A stretch of 64,000 nt of DNA from an uncultured cyanobacterium. GTDB lineage: Bacteria; Cyanobacteriota; Cyanobacteriia; Cyanobacteriales; Cyanobacteriaceae. Location: contig CAVVOP010000008.1 in the NCBI GenBank assembly GCA_963749915.1, positions 736,001 through 800,000 on the forward strand, written 5' to 3'. The translations under genes were made by a program, and so were the position numbers. This document shows positions 1 to 11,281 of this stretch, in pieces (positions within the stretch are counted from its first letter, which is position 1; the number at the start of each line of letters is the position of its first letter). The notes under the pieces are model-generated. The model was not told the origin of the DNA and ran no database searches. It worked only from the letters and a program-made list of their open reading frames with translations.

Positions 1-1
1 G

Positions 2-442
2 GAAATTGATAGCTTAAATGAGCGTATATACCACAACATCAATAATGGGGTTTATAAATGCGGTTTTGCCACCACTCAAGAAGCCTACGAGGAAGCCTTA
101 ATGCCCTTATTTGAAACCTTAGATTGGTTAGAGGAAAAACTTTCTCGTCAACGGTATCTTACTGGCGATCGCATTACAGAAGCAGACTGGCGACTATTTA
201 CTACTTTAGTTCGTTTCGATGTGGTTTATGTGGGGCATTTTAAATGTAATCTTCGCTGCATCGTTGACTATCCTAATATTTGGAGTTATTTACGAGAACT
301 TTATCAAATAGAAGGTATTGCCGAGACTGTCAATTTTAAGCACATCAAAGGGCATTACTACGAAAGCCATAAAACTATTAACCCTACTGGAATAGTACCG
401 TTGGGCCCACAAATTGATTTTTCATTACCTGTCCCTCGATAA
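2..442 (+). CDS. Glutathionyl-hydroquinone reductase (YqjG/ECM4-like omega-class GST), 5'-truncated by window edge
   Basis: Frame is open from base 2 (EIDSLNERIYHNINNGVYKCGFATTQEAYEE), upstream of the track's ATG at 101. It has the family motifs NNGVYKCGFA, ITEADWRLFTTLVRFD and HYYESHKTINPTGIVP. Confidence 0.9.
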   Translation, partial: EIDSLNERIYHNINNGVYKCGFATTQEAYEEALMPLFETLDWLEEKLSRQRYLTGDRITEADWRLFTTLVRFDVVYVGHFKCNLRCIVDYPNIWSYLRELYQIEGIAETVNFKHIKGHYYESHKTINPTGIVPLGPQIDFSLPVPR

Positions 443-710
443 ATAGATACTGGCAAAGGTTATATTTATTTTGATTGGGAATGAAAAGAAAGAAGAAATA
501 ACAAATCCTCTAGTTTGGATGCGTAAATATTTCCGGCAAATTTTTATTGGTGAATCATAAATTATTGAGCAAAAAAGAAATTCCTGAATACTGACTCCTG
601 TATTCCCATCTCAATGATCATTTGATGATCAATTTTCAATTAAACTCACAATTGTGCTAAATAGTTAAATTATAGATATAGTAGCAAAAAAGAGACCTTA
701 ATAATATTCT

Positions 711-3317
711 ATGTCAACTTTAGTCATCGTTGAATCACCTACCAAAGCCAAAACCATCAGAAATTATTTACCTAAAAACTATCAGGTAGAGGCATCTATG
801 GGGCATATTCGAGATTTACCTTCCTCCGCTGATGAAATTCCTGCCGAGTATAAACAGTATGATTGGGCAAGATTAGGGGTAAATATTGACAATAATTTTG
901 AGCCAATTTATGTTATCCCTAAGGGTAAAAATAAAACTGTCCAACTATTAAAACAAGCCTTAAAATCTGCCGATGAATTGATATTGGCAACGGATGAAGA
1001 TAGAGAAGGAGAAAGTATTAGTTGGCATTTATTACAACTATTAAAGCCGAAAGTGCCTATTAAGCGCATGGTGTTTCACGAAATCACTAAAGATGCTATT
1101 CAAAAGGCTTTATCGAATTGTCGTGACATTGATGAAAATTTGGTACATGCCCAGGAAACACGACGTATTCTCGATCGCCTAGTGGGTTATACTCTCTCAC
1201 CGCTACTCTGGAAAAAAATCGCCGCAGGATTGTCAGCGGGTAGAGTTCAATCAGTGGCGGTGAGGTTATTAGTACAACGAGAAAGAGAAAGAAGAGCCTT
1301 TAAAGAGGCCCAGTATTGGGATTTAAAGGCGTTATTAAATCATGAAAAAACAGACTTTGAAGCGAAATTAGCCACTCTCAAAGGGCAGAAACTAGCCAAT
1401 GGTAGCGATTTCGATCCCAAAACTGGCAAACTACTTAAAAACAAAAAAGTAATTGTACTAAATGAAAAGGAAGCTACAGAATTAAAAGCCCGTTTGAAAG
1501 GCAAAACATGGCAAGTCGCCGATACAGAAGAAAAAGCCGCCACTCGTAGGCCTTCACCCCCTTTCACAACTTCTACTTTGCAACAGGAGGCTAACCGAAA
1601 ACTGGGATTAGGTGCAAAAGACACCATGCGCATCGCTCAAAGTCTCTATGAAAATGGTTATATTACCTACATGAGAACAGACTCAGTATATCTGTCCGAT
1701 CAGGCCATCGCCGCCGCCCGCAGTTGTGTAGAAGAAATGTATGGTAAACAATATTTAAGTCCACAACCCCGAAAATATAAAACTAAAGCCAAAGGTGCCC
1801 AAGAAGCCCATGAAGCAATACGTCCGGCAGGCAGTACTTTCCGCATTCCTAAAGAAACAGGATTGAAGGATAAGGAACTGGGTTTATACGACTTAATCTG
1901 GAAGCGCACTGTAGCTTGTCAAATGGCAGATGCTAAATTAACTCAAATTATCGTGAATATCGCTGTAGAAGATGCAATTTTTCGATCTTCAGGGAAAAGA
2001 ATCGATTTTGCAGGGTTTTTCCGAGCCTACGTTGAAGGATCAGATGATCCCGAAGCCGCCCTCGAAAATCAAGAGGTAATTTTGCCTAATTTGCAAGTAG
2101 GCGATCAACCTCAATGTAAACAATTAGATGTTGTTCACCACGAAACCCAACCTCCTGCCCGTTACACAGAAGCATCTTTAGTCAAAACCCTTGAAAGTGA
2201 GGGCGTTGGCAGACCAAGTACTTACGCTAGTATTATCGGTACAATCGTCGATCGGGGTTACGCTCAATTACGGAATAAAGCACTAATCCCCACTTTTACC
2301 GCCTTTGCTGTCATCAGCTTATTAGAAAAGAATTTTGCCGAGTTGGTGGATACTAAATTTACCTCCAAAATGGAACAAAGTCTCGATGATATTGCCTCTG
2401 GAAGTGAACAATGGTTGCCTTACCTTGACAAATTTTATCGGGGGGAAAACGGCTTACAAAATCAGGTAAAAGTCAGAGAAACAGAAATTGATCCTCAAAG
2501 TGCCAAAGCGATACCATTAGAGAATATAGACGTGACGGTGAAAATAGGGAAATTCGGTCCCTATTTTGAGGCGAATTACGGCGAAGAAGTCGTTAAATCT
2601 TCAATTCCAGTGGATCTTACTCCCTCAGATCTTGATCCTACAAGAATCGAATTATTATTGAAACAAAAAGTAGAAGGTCCTCCTCAATTAGGGATTCATC
2701 CCGAAACCGGATTGCCCATTTATTTATTAATCGGCACTTACGGTCCTTATGTACAATTAGGAGATCAACCTCAAGGCAAAGCCAAAAAACCGAAAACTGC
2801 TTCTTTCCCTAAAGGTGTTAAAGCGGAAGATATTACCTTAGACATGGCGATAGGTTACTTAACCCTACCTCGAACATTAGGAGAGCATCCAGACACAGGA
2901 AAACCCATTAAAGCGAGTTTAGGACGTTTTGGTGCTTATGTAGTTCATGATCAGGGCACAGAGGGCAAAGATTATCGCTCATTGAAAAAAGAAGATGATG
3001 TGTTAACCATTACTTTAAAACGTGCCTTAGAATTATTAGCACAACCTAAAACCACAAGAGGCAGAAGAGGTGCCAATAAACAACCCTTAAAAGAATTAGG
3101 ATTACACCCTGATGATAAAGAACCAGTCAACATTTATCAAGGTCCTTACGGAGTGTATTTTAAACACGGTAAAACTAATGTTAAATTACCTGAAGGAGAG
3201 ACGGTAGAAAGTATGAATTTAGACAAGGCCTTATTACTTTTAAAAGGTAAAACTTCAGCTTCTAAAAAAACACCTACTAAAAAAGCTACTACTAAAAAAG
3301 CCACTACTAAAAAATGA
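711..3317 (+). CDS. topA: DNA topoisomerase I (type IA)
   Basis: Toprim [29 protein letters not shown], catalytic [11 protein letters not shown]-terminal Topo-C repeats and a Lys-rich tail. Confidence 0.98.
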   Translation: MSTLVIVESPTKAKTIRNYLPKNYQVEASMGHIRDLPSSADEIPAEYKQYDWARLGVNIDNNFEPIYVIPKGKNKTVQLLKQALKSADELILATDEDREGESISWHLLQLLKPKVPIKRMVFHEITKDAIQKALSNCRDIDENLVHAQETRRILDRLVGYTLSPLLWKKIAAGLSAGRVQSVAVRLLVQRERERRAFKEAQYWDLKALLNHEKTDFEAKLATLKGQKLANGSDFDPKTGKLLKNKKVIVLNEKEATELKARLKGKTWQVADTEEKAATRRPSPPFTTSTLQQEANRKLGLGAKDTMRIAQSLYENGYITYMRTDSVYLSDQAIAAARSCVEEMYGKQYLSPQPRKYKTKAKGAQEAHEAIRPAGSTFRIPKETGLKDKELGLYDLIWKRTVACQMADAKLTQIIVNIAVEDAIFRSSGKRIDFAGFFRAYVEGSDDPEAALENQEVILPNLQVGDQPQCKQLDVVHHETQPPARYTEASLVKTLESEGVGRPSTYASIIGTIVDRGYAQLRNKALIPTFTAFAVISLLEKNFAELVDTKFTSKMEQSLDDIASGSEQWLPYLDKFYRGENGLQNQVKVRETEIDPQSAKAIPLENIDVTVKIGKFGPYFEANYGEEVVKSSIPVDLTPSDLDPTRIELLLKQKVEGPPQLGIHPETGLPIYLLIGTYGPYVQLGDQPQGKAKKPKTASFPKGVKAEDITLDMAIGYLTLPRTLGEHPDTGKPIKASLGRFGAYVVHDQGTEGKDYRSLKKEDDVLTITLKRALELLAQPKTTRGRRGANKQPLKELGLHPDDKEPVNIYQGPYGVYFKHGKTNVKLPEGETVESMNLDKALLLLKGKTSASKKTPTKKATTKKATTKK

Positions 3318-3418
3318 GTTTGGGGTTGTAACAAGGTTATTTACATTTTTTGCGAACTTCTGATTGCACCTGTCCTTCTCCAATTCTCGATATTTTTCCT
3401 TAACAACAAATCACCGTA

Positions 3419-6400
3419 ATGCACCGAATCCCAGCAATCCCCGGCGGATGGAATCCCAATACCGAAGGGGTAATTATTATTGAGCAAAATCCTGCACCTA
3501 TTATTTTTTTAACCAGCGCCGACACCGATATAAAAACCATCGCCGCCAGTGTCGAAAATTTACCCGCGGATTTTCCTGCCATTCGGGTAGCAAATTTATT
3601 GCAACTACAGCAGGAATTGACCATTGATACCTACGCACAAGAAGTTTTATCAAAGGCGAAGGTCATTATTTTGCGGTTGTTGGGGGGAAGAAGTTATTGG
3701 AGTTATGGCTTGGAAGTCTGTAAAGAGATAGTTAGTCAGACTAAAGCCCCATTGCTTATTTTACCCGGCGACGATCGCCCTGACATTGAGTTAATCAGTC
3801 ATTCTAATATTTCCTTGTCTAAGGTAAATCAATTTTGGCAATATTTAACTGAGGGAGGAGTAGAAAATTTTATCAACGGATTTAAGTTTATTAGCGATAG
3901 TTTTTTCCAGACTAATTTCAAGCCAAATCAAGCTCGATCGATTCATCGTTTAGGTATTTATAAAATCGTCAATAATGAATTGACTACCTATAATATTGAC
4001 GTTGCTATTATATTTTATCGCTCTCATTACCTATCAGGAAATACTAAGCCTATTCACGCATTATATAAAGCCTTAGAAAAACAAAATTTAAGCAGTATAT
4101 CTATTTATTTATCTTCCCTTCAAGAGACAGATATTCAAGAAGAATTAATAAAATTATTACAATATCATCAAGTCAAATTAATTTTAAATACTACTAGCTT
4201 TTCAGTGGCAAAAATCGGCTACGAAACTAACGCCAAAATTTGGCAAACTTTAGATATACCAGTTTTACAAGTTATCTTAAGTGGCAGTACTCAAGAATAT
4301 TGGCAAGATAACTTTCAAGGCTTATCACCAAGAGATGTAGCCATGAATGTCGCTTTACCAGAAGTTGACGGAAGAATAATAACAAGGGCAATTTCTTTTA
4401 AATCTGTGGCGACTTGGAATCCTCAATTAGAAACAGATATTGTGGAATATAAACCATTAGAAAATCGAATTAATTATGTAGCTAAATTAGCAAGAAAATG
4501 GGTTAATTTAAGTGCTATTAGTAATTCTGAAAAAAAAGTTGCTTTAATTTTAGCTAATTATCCCAACAAAGATGGAAGAATTGCTAATGGTGTTGGTTTG
4601 GATACCCCAGCTAGTTGCATTAATATCTTAAATGCTTTACTCGAAAATGGTTATCAAGTTAATGATATTCCTGATAATGGCGACAAGTTAATTTTTAAGT
4701 TAATTGAGGGGGTAACAAATGACTTAGAAATGCAATCTCATCGTCAAGTTAATCAATATTTATCTTTAACAGACTATCAAAATTATTTTCAAACTTTATC
4801 TTTAGAAATTCAACAACAAATTAGCAATAGATGGGGCGATATTAGTCAATTATCTAATGAATTTGCTCCCCCTCTTTTCAACTCTACTATTAATAAGAGC
4901 AATTCCCCCGTCTTCGACACCCCCCTTAATAAGGGGGGAGCATTTATCCCCATTTCGGGTTTACAATTAGGTAATATTTTTATCGGCATTCAGCCATCAA
5001 GAGGTTATGATTTAGACCCTAGTTTAAGCTATCACGCCCCGGATTTAGAGCCAACCCATCATTATTTAGCCTTTTATTATTGGGTGCGAGAAATTTTCAA
5101 AGCTGATGCTATTATTCATGTGGGAAAACATGGTAATTTAGAATGGTTACCAGGTAAAAGTTTAGTTTTATCAGAAAATTGTTACCCTGAAATTACTTTA
5201 GATACCTTACCTAATTTTTATCCTTTTATTGTAAATGATCCGGGGGAAGGTTCACAGGCAAAAAGAAGGGCAAATGCGGTGATTTTAGATCATTTAACTC
5301 CCCCTTTAACTCGTGCAGAATTATATAAAGAATTACTAGAATTAGAGGCTTTAATTGATGAATATTATCAGGCACAAAGTCTTAATCCCAGTCGTTTAAG
5401 AATTATCGGTGATCGCATTTTGAATTTAATTAAAGAAACAAATTTAAATCAAGATTTAGCCATTCAAGAGGTAAATAGAGATAGTTTAACGCAATTTTTA
5501 ACCGTTGCTGATGGTTATTTATGTGAGTTAAAAGATGCTCAAATTAGAGATGGTTTACATATTTTTGGTCAATGTCCACATGGCAGACAATTAAGAGATT
5601 TAATCATAGCAATCGCTCGTTTTAGCAGTTATAATAATTTAGGATTAATTGAAGCAATAAAACAAGACTTGGAGTCTTCTATTCTCCCCTTAGAAATAGA
5701 TTTATATACTCCTAAATTCCCATTAAAAACAGAGATTAACGAAAAAATAAATCCTTCAAATAATAGTCTAGAATTATCTGATAGAGGGGCGGAAGAATAT
5801 ATAGAAAATCTTGCTTGTGCATTGATAGAAAAACTTATAAAAGAAGAAAATTATCAATCAATTAATTTAGGAAAACATACCGAAAAACAACTTAATTGGA
5901 TAGCTAATAACTTGTTACCTAACTTAAGAAAAACTGATCGAGAAATCACTAATTTAATCAGAGGATTAGAAGGCAAATTTATCCCCAGTGGTTCATCTGG
6001 TGCACCAACGAGAGGCAGGGCTGACGTTTTACCAACAGGACGCAACTTTTACTCAGTAGATATAAGAGCAATTCCTAGTGAAACGGCTTGGGATGTGGGA
6101 AGAAAGGCAGCAGAAGCGGTTATCGGACGTTATACCCAAGAAAACGGCGAATATCCCCGAACTTTGGCGATTTCTGTGTGGGGTACATCTACCATGCGCA
6201 CGGGAGGGGATGACATTGCCCAAATTATGGCTTTAATGGGAGTAAAACCTGTGTGGGATGGCGTTACTCGTAGGGTTGTGGACTATGAAATTATCCCTCT
6301 TTCCATATTAGGAAGACCTCGTGTTGATGTGACGGTGAGAGTATCGGGCTTTTTTCGTGACGGATTCCCCAATCTACTGGAACTATTATATAAAGCGATC

Positions 6401-7240
6401 GTAGATTTGTCAACCCTTACGGAAGAAAAAGAACAAAATCCCCTTGCTTTACAAGTAGAAAAAGACACTAAATATTGGTTAGATCAAGGATTAGAAAAAA
6501 ATCAAGCAAATGAAAGAGCAACTTATCGCTTATTTGGCTCAAAACCCGGAGCTTATGGTGCAGGATTACAAGGTTTAATTGAGTCACAAAATTGGGAAAC
6601 TGACGCTGATTTAGCCAAGGCTTATTCAAACTGGAGTAGTTATGCTTATGTTGGTAGTAAAGGGTTGTCTATGCCTGAAGTTTTTGAACAAAGATTGAAG
6701 GAATTACAAATAGTTTTACATAACCAGGATAACCGAGAACATGACTTATTGGATTCTGACGATTATTACCAATTTCAAGGAGGATTAACTGCAGCGGTTA
6801 GACACTTAAAAGGGGAAAATCCCGTCACTTATTTTGGTGATAATTCTCAACCTAATAATCCAAAAGTTAGGGCGTTACAAGAAGAAATTGCTAGGGTTTA
6901 TCGCAGTCGAGTTATTAACCCTAAATGGATAGATGGGGTTATGAGACATGGTTATAAAGGGGCCTTTGAAATGAGTGCCACTGTTGACTATTTATTTGCC
7001 TATTCTGCCACTACTAAATCAGTGCCAGATTTTATGTATGAAGGAGTTGCCGAAAGTTATTTATTTGATGAAAAAGTACAGGAATTTATTCAAGAGAAAA
7101 ATCCCTGGGCATTAAGAGATATTGCGGAAAGATTAATCGAAGCCTCTCAACGAAATTTATGGCAAAATGTCAGTCAAGAAATGTTAGATAAATTGAGGAG
7201 TATTGCCCATGAATCGGAAGCAAAAATCGAGAGTTTATAA
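3419..7240 (+). CDS. cobN: Cobaltochelatase subunit CobN
   Basis: N-terminus MHRIPAIPGGW, TSADTDI, HVGKHGNLEWLPGK, LPTGRNFYSVD, HNQDNREHDLLDSDDYYQFQGG. Confidence 0.95.
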   Translation: MHRIPAIPGGWNPNTEGVIIIEQNPAPIIFLTSADTDIKTIAASVENLPADFPAIRVANLLQLQQELTIDTYAQEVLSKAKVIILRLLGGRSYWSYGLEVCKEIVSQTKAPLLILPGDDRPDIELISHSNISLSKVNQFWQYLTEGGVENFINGFKFISDSFFQTNFKPNQARSIHRLGIYKIVNNELTTYNIDVAIIFYRSHYLSGNTKPIHALYKALEKQNLSSISIYLSSLQETDIQEELIKLLQYHQVKLILNTTSFSVAKIGYETNAKIWQTLDIPVLQVILSGSTQEYWQDNFQGLSPRDVAMNVALPEVDGRIITRAISFKSVATWNPQLETDIVEYKPLENRINYVAKLARKWVNLSAISNSEKKVALILANYPNKDGRIANGVGLDTPASCINILNALLENGYQVNDIPDNGDKLIFKLIEGVTNDLEMQSHRQVNQYLSLTDYQNYFQTLSLEIQQQISNRWGDISQLSNEFAPPLFNSTINKSNSPVFDTPLNKGGAFIPISGLQLGNIFIGIQPSRGYDLDPSLSYHAPDLEPTHHYLAFYYWVREIFKADAIIHVGKHGNLEWLPGKSLVLSENCYPEITLDTLPNFYPFIVNDPGEGSQAKRRANAVILDHLTPPLTRAELYKELLELEALIDEYYQAQSLNPSRLRIIGDRILNLIKETNLNQDLAIQEVNRDSLTQFLTVADGYLCELKDAQIRDGLHIFGQCPHGRQLRDLIIAIARFSSYNNLGLIEAIKQDLESSILPLEIDLYTPKFPLKTEINEKINPSNNSLELSDRGAEEYIENLACALIEKLIKEENYQSINLGKHTEKQLNWIANNLLPNLRKTDREITNLIRGLEGKFIPSGSSGAPTRGRADVLPTGRNFYSVDIRAIPSETAWDVGRKAAEAVIGRYTQENGEYPRTLAISVWGTSTMRTGGDDIAQIMALMGVKPVWDGVTRRVVDYEIIPLSILGRPRVDVTVRVSGFFRDGFPNLLELLYKAIVDLSTLTEEKEQNPLALQVEKDTKYWLDQGLEKNQANERATYRLFGSKPGAYGAGLQGLIESQNWETDADLAKAYSNWSSYAYVGSKGLSMPEVFEQRLKELQIVLHNQDNREHDLLDSDDYYQFQGGLTAAVRHLKGENPVTYFGDNSQPNNPKVRALQEEIARVYRSRVINPKWIDGVMRHGYKGAFEMSATVDYLFAYSATTKSVPDFMYEGVAESYLFDEKVQEFIQEKNPWALRDIAERLIEASQRNLWQNVSQEMLDKLRSIAHESEAKIESL

Positions 7241-7319
7241 TCATAAATAATAAAAAAAGTAACTGTCAACTCAACTGATTTGATGTATTTTCAAAAAAGT
7301 AGCTAACTAATTCTTTCTA

Positions 7320-7991
7320 TTATTCCCTTAAAACATAACCAACAGCTCTAACGGTTTGAATAATTCTTTTTTCTTTATTGGATTCTAATTTTAACCGTAA
7401 ATAACGCACATAAACCTCAATAATATTAGAATCTCCTCCAAAATCATAACCCCAAACTCTTTCTAATATTTGATCCCTTGTTAATACTTGTCGAGGATGA
7501 GAGATGAAATACTCCATTAAATCATATTCAGTAGCGGTTAATTCGATCAAGCGATCGCCTCTTTTAACTTCACGGGTACGGCGGTTAAGGGTAAGATCAA
7601 GGAATTGTAGTTGATCGGGATCTTCTTCATGGCTGCGGCGTAAATGGGCACGGAATCTTGCCAATAATTCTTCAATGCTAAAGGGTTTCACTATGTAATC
7701 ATCCGCCCCTGCGTCTAATCCTGCGACTCGATCGCTAATTTCGTCCTTGGCAGTTAATAATATAATGGGGGTTTTACTGCCTGTTAAACGGAGACGACGA
7801 CAAACTTCTAACCCAGAAATACCCGGCAACATCCAATCGAGGAGAATTAAATCAGCATTACTTTCTCTGGCGGTGGTTAAACCCGTCATACCATCATTAG
7901 CGACAATTACTTCATAACCTTCATATTGCAATTCTAATTCTAAAAATTTTGCTAGTTTTTGTTCATCTTCTATCACTAAAATTTTATTCAT
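7320..7991 (-). CDS. OmpR/PhoB-family two-component response regulator
   Basis: Receiver domain (IEDE, LLDWMLP, LTAK, KPF) plus winged helix (VWGYDFGGDSNIIEVYVRYLRLK, IQTVRAVGY). Confidence 0.95.
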   Translation of the reverse strand: MNKILVIEDEQKLAKFLELELQYEGYEVIVANDGMTGLTTARESNADLILLDWMLPGISGLEVCRRLRLTGSKTPIILLTAKDEISDRVAGLDAGADDYIVKPFSIEELLARFRAHLRRSHEEDPDQLQFLDLTLNRRTREVKRGDRLIELTATEYDLMEYFISHPRQVLTRDQILERVWGYDFGGDSNIIEVYVRYLRLKLESNKEKRIIQTVRAVGYVLRE

Positions 7992-9048
7992 AATTAATTG
8001 GACCTAAAATATTGTTTAATGTTCTTAATTGTTCTGCTGTACCTATACAAATTAAAGAATCCCCCGCCTCTAAAATACTATCTCCCGTGGGTCCTACTAT
8101 TAAAGTACCATCATAACGACGAATAACAATCACCAACGCCCCCGATTTTGCCCTTAATTGCGCTTGTGCAAGGCTTTGACCGGTACAAGGACAATGATCT
8201 GAATCTAACAAAAATTCTTCTAAATAAAAAGATTTCTCTCCCCCAGCGAAAATTCCATCGACAAAATCCATTACTTGTGGACGCAATGCCGCCGCCGCTA
8301 ATCTTTTCCCACCAGTAATATAAGGTGATACAACTATATCTGCCCCTGCCCGTTCTAATTTTTTTACCGCTTCTTCTGTACTAGCCCTCGCGATGGCACG
8401 AATTTGGGGATTAAGAGCTTTTGCGGACATAACAGTATATAAATTATCGGCATCGGAACTCAAAGCCGCTACAATGCAAATAGCTTTGTCAATTTTTGCC
8501 AAATATAAGTATTCATCGAGGGTTGCATCTCCTTGGACAATTAAATACCCTTGTTGTTGGGCTTTTTCAATCTCATCTAATTCCAAATCAATGATAATAA
8601 ACGGGATATTTTCCGCTGCGAATTCTCGGGCAACATAAGTGCCAGTGCGTCCAAAACCGCATAATATGTAATGGTTGAATAATTTATCAATCACGTTCCT
8701 TTTTTGCCTTAAACGAATACTTTCTTGAAAATAACCTTGTAGAAATGCCTCTGTAAATCGATTAACTAAATAACCGATGACGATAATACCCATTAAGATT
8801 AAAACCATTGTAAACAATCGAGAGTTATCGTTAAGGGGATTGATTTCTCCAAAGCCTACAGTGGATAAGGTAATTATAGTCATATAAGCCGAATCTATTA
8901 ACGACCATTTTTCCACCAACCAAAACCACATCGTACCCGTCAGAAACACTACTCCTAAAAGTATCGAACCAATAAAGAGTTCTCTCCTTAATCTTAGATA
9001 GCTTTCTTCTAAACTATATTTAGTTACTTTGGGCTTTCTGAAAAATAT
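7984..9048 (-). CDS. Two-TM potassium channel with TrkA-N/TrkA-C (RCK) domains; true start probably upstream of the track's GTG at 8949
   Basis: Selectivity filter TLSTVGFGE, Rossmann ILCGFGRTG and a C-terminal TrkA-C domain. The frame stays open up to a stop at 9061-9063 and encodes the start of TM1 (LRRELFIGSILLGV). The start coordinate is uncertain. Confidence 0.88.
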   Translation of the reverse strand: MFFRKPKVTKYSLEESYLRLRRELFIGSILLGVVFLTGTMWFWLVEKWSLIDSAYMTIITLSTVGFGEINPLNDNSRLFTMVLILMGIIVIGYLVNRFTEAFLQGYFQESIRLRQKRNVIDKLFNHYILCGFGRTGTYVAREFAAENIPFIIIDLELDEIEKAQQQGYLIVQGDATLDEYLYLAKIDKAICIVAALSSDADNLYTVMSAKALNPQIRAIARASTEEAVKKLERAGADIVVSPYITGGKRLAAAALRPQVMDFVDGIFAGGEKSFYLEEFLLDSDHCPCTGQSLAQAQLRAKSGALVIVIRRYDGTLIVGPTGDSILEAGDSLICIGTAEQLRTLNNILGPINYE

Positions 9049-10018
9049 CTTCGTTAGCTCCTAATTTTTAAAGGTGAACGGAATCCATTTTACTTAACCG
9101 ATTATAGTCCAGTTTTAACCCGTTCAAAGTATAGAATAAAAAAACCTTAAACTAACACAAACACCCCTCCCCCCCAATCTGTTTCTTGAAAGTTTTAGGA
9201 GAGGTCTGGTAGAGAAGAACATTCTCCATAAGTATATGTACTTAGATATGCGGGTTACAGATTCTTGTTTTGTTATCTTTTGCGTATAACCAACTAGGTT
9301 ATCATCGGGATTTCATAACAAATTCTTAGTAAATATTACAAATATTCTCCCCAAAACCAAAAAGGTTTGCTAACCTGGAGGTAAGGGAAAATTCGCTAAT
9401 TGATTAAAGGGAACCTATGTCCTATCGCAGGCCTTCTTTCTTTGGGGCTTTTCATAATAAAAAATATCACTGATGGATGCCATTTTCTGTGAAATTCATT
9501 ACAATATCTAAAGATTGTACTAATAAAACTTCTTGGAAAACTCAAAGAAGGCCGAATGGTCAAATCTTGGTTATGTGGTGATTGATTAGCGAACTGATCA
9601 AACAAAAAAATCATGTTACCGACCGTAACGGCGTTTTTCCTGTTCACCAATAATTCAGTTTTATGCAATTTGTCTTTAAACAAATTAACTATATCAGACT
9701 ATTGACTATCTCGAAGATAGTCTAGGGGATTTGCCGAATAACGGTGAAATCCAACCCTTTTCAAGGGCTTCCCCGACCATTATTATTGCCCAACACAACC
9801 ACAGGTTTACTTCCCCAATACCAATGATTCTATCGGATTCTGCTGTTTTTAAGTATTTAACCCGTTCGCAAAATTCTGTGATGTTAGCTACTTACAACGG
9901 TGGAATGGTCCGCTGTGGGCGTAAAAATGATGGACGTGTGTGGGGGAGAATAAGTAGAATCCAATTTTAACAATCCATCTTCTAGGTAAATTTTCATAAG
10001 GAGTAAGAGGAAAACGGC

Positions 10019-11191
10019 ATGACCCAAGCACAAGAAATTTTCGCAACTATCTCATTTACTAATGATTTCGAGGAAATGTTGGACTTTAATTCTGGTAATA
10101 ATCTGAATGGTTCAATAGCTGCTATAAAAGGGGAATTTGCGGAGACCATTGCCGAAGCCGACTCCATTGGGGTTAGCGATCTCAATGGCAAGAAAGCTCG
10201 TAAGTTACCCGCCAGTCGTCGGCTACAAACGAAAAAAAAACCCTTCACAGAAGATTCTATTCGTATTTATCTTCAAGAAATTGGCAGAATCAGATTACTT
10301 CGTGCGGAGGAAGAAATCGAGTTAGCCCGACAAATTGCCGATTTGTTAGATTTAGAATACATCAGGGCCACTTTAATTGAACATTCAGGGCGTATTCCTA
10401 CGGATCAAGAATGGGCGACGGCTTGTGATATCCCCAACCTACGCCAGTTTAACCGCCGTTTACACATCGGGCGACGGGCTAAGGATAAGATGGTTCAGTC
10501 TAATCTCCGTTTAGTGGTTTCCATCGCCAAAAAATACATGAATCGTGGTTTATCGTTTCAAGATTTGATTCAAGAAGGTTCTTTGGGTTTAATTCGTGCC
10601 GCCGAAAAATTTGACCACGAAAAGGGTTATAAATTCTCCACTTACGCTACATGGTGGATTCGTCAAGCCATTACTCGTGCCATCGCTGATCAATCTCGAA
10701 CTATACGCCTTCCGGTACATCTTTACGAAACTATCTCCCGCATTAAGAAAACCACTAAGATGTTATCGCAAAAAATGGGACGTAAACCCACAGAGGAAGA
10801 AATTGCGGAAGATATGGAAATGACCATCGAGAAGTTGCGCTTTATTGCTAAATCTGCCCAATTACCCATATCCCTAGAAACCCCCATCGGTAAGGAAGAA
10901 GACTCCCGTTTGGGAGATTTTATCGAGGCTGACAGTGAAACTCCTGAAGATGAGGTATCGAAAAATTTATTACGAGAAGATTTGGAAAATGTCCTTGATT
11001 CTTTGAGCCCTCGTGAGCGAGATGTTCTACGATTACGTTATGGCCTGGATGATGGACGCATGAAGACGTTAGAGGAAATCGGTCAAATCTTTAATGTTAC
11101 CCGTGAGAGAATCCGTCAAATTGAGGCTAAGGCATTGCGTAAATTACGTCATCCTAACCGGAATAGCATTTTAAAAGAGTATATCCGTTAA
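10019..11191 (+). CDS. sigA: Primary RNA polymerase sigma factor SigA/RpoD
   Basis: [74 protein letters not shown], region 4 [26 protein letters not shown] upstream. Confidence 0.97.
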   Translation: MTQAQEIFATISFTNDFEEMLDFNSGNNLNGSIAAIKGEFAETIAEADSIGVSDLNGKKARKLPASRRLQTKKKPFTEDSIRIYLQEIGRIRLLRAEEEIELARQIADLLDLEYIRATLIEHSGRIPTDQEWATACDIPNLRQFNRRLHIGRRAKDKMVQSNLRLVVSIAKKYMNRGLSFQDLIQEGSLGLIRAAEKFDHEKGYKFSTYATWWIRQAITRAIADQSRTIRLPVHLYETISRIKKTTKMLSQKMGRKPTEEEIAEDMEMTIEKLRFIAKSAQLPISLETPIGKEEDSRLGDFIEADSETPEDEVSKNLLREDLENVLDSLSPRERDVLRLRYGLDDGRMKTLEEIGQIFNVTRERIRQIEAKALRKLRHPNRNSILKEYIR

Positions 11192-11281
11192 TAATTAAGT
11201 AGGAAAAAATTAACAATTAACAATTAAGATAATTGTAGTAATAATACTCGACATAAATTCTCACTATCTTTATGTTAATTT

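Noticed and set aside
3263..3314. 15-bp tandem repeats at the topA 3' end (KKATT)
   Set aside because: Ordinary Lys-rich C-terminal tail of TopA
3318..3418. Cobalamin riboswitch upstream of cobN
   Set aside because: The intergenic gap is only about 100 bp and shows no B12-box motifs
9396..9970. ORFs 9396-9683 (-) and 9731-9970 (+) upstream of sigA
   Set aside because: TTG starts, no SD and no recognisable protein features; probably chance ORFs
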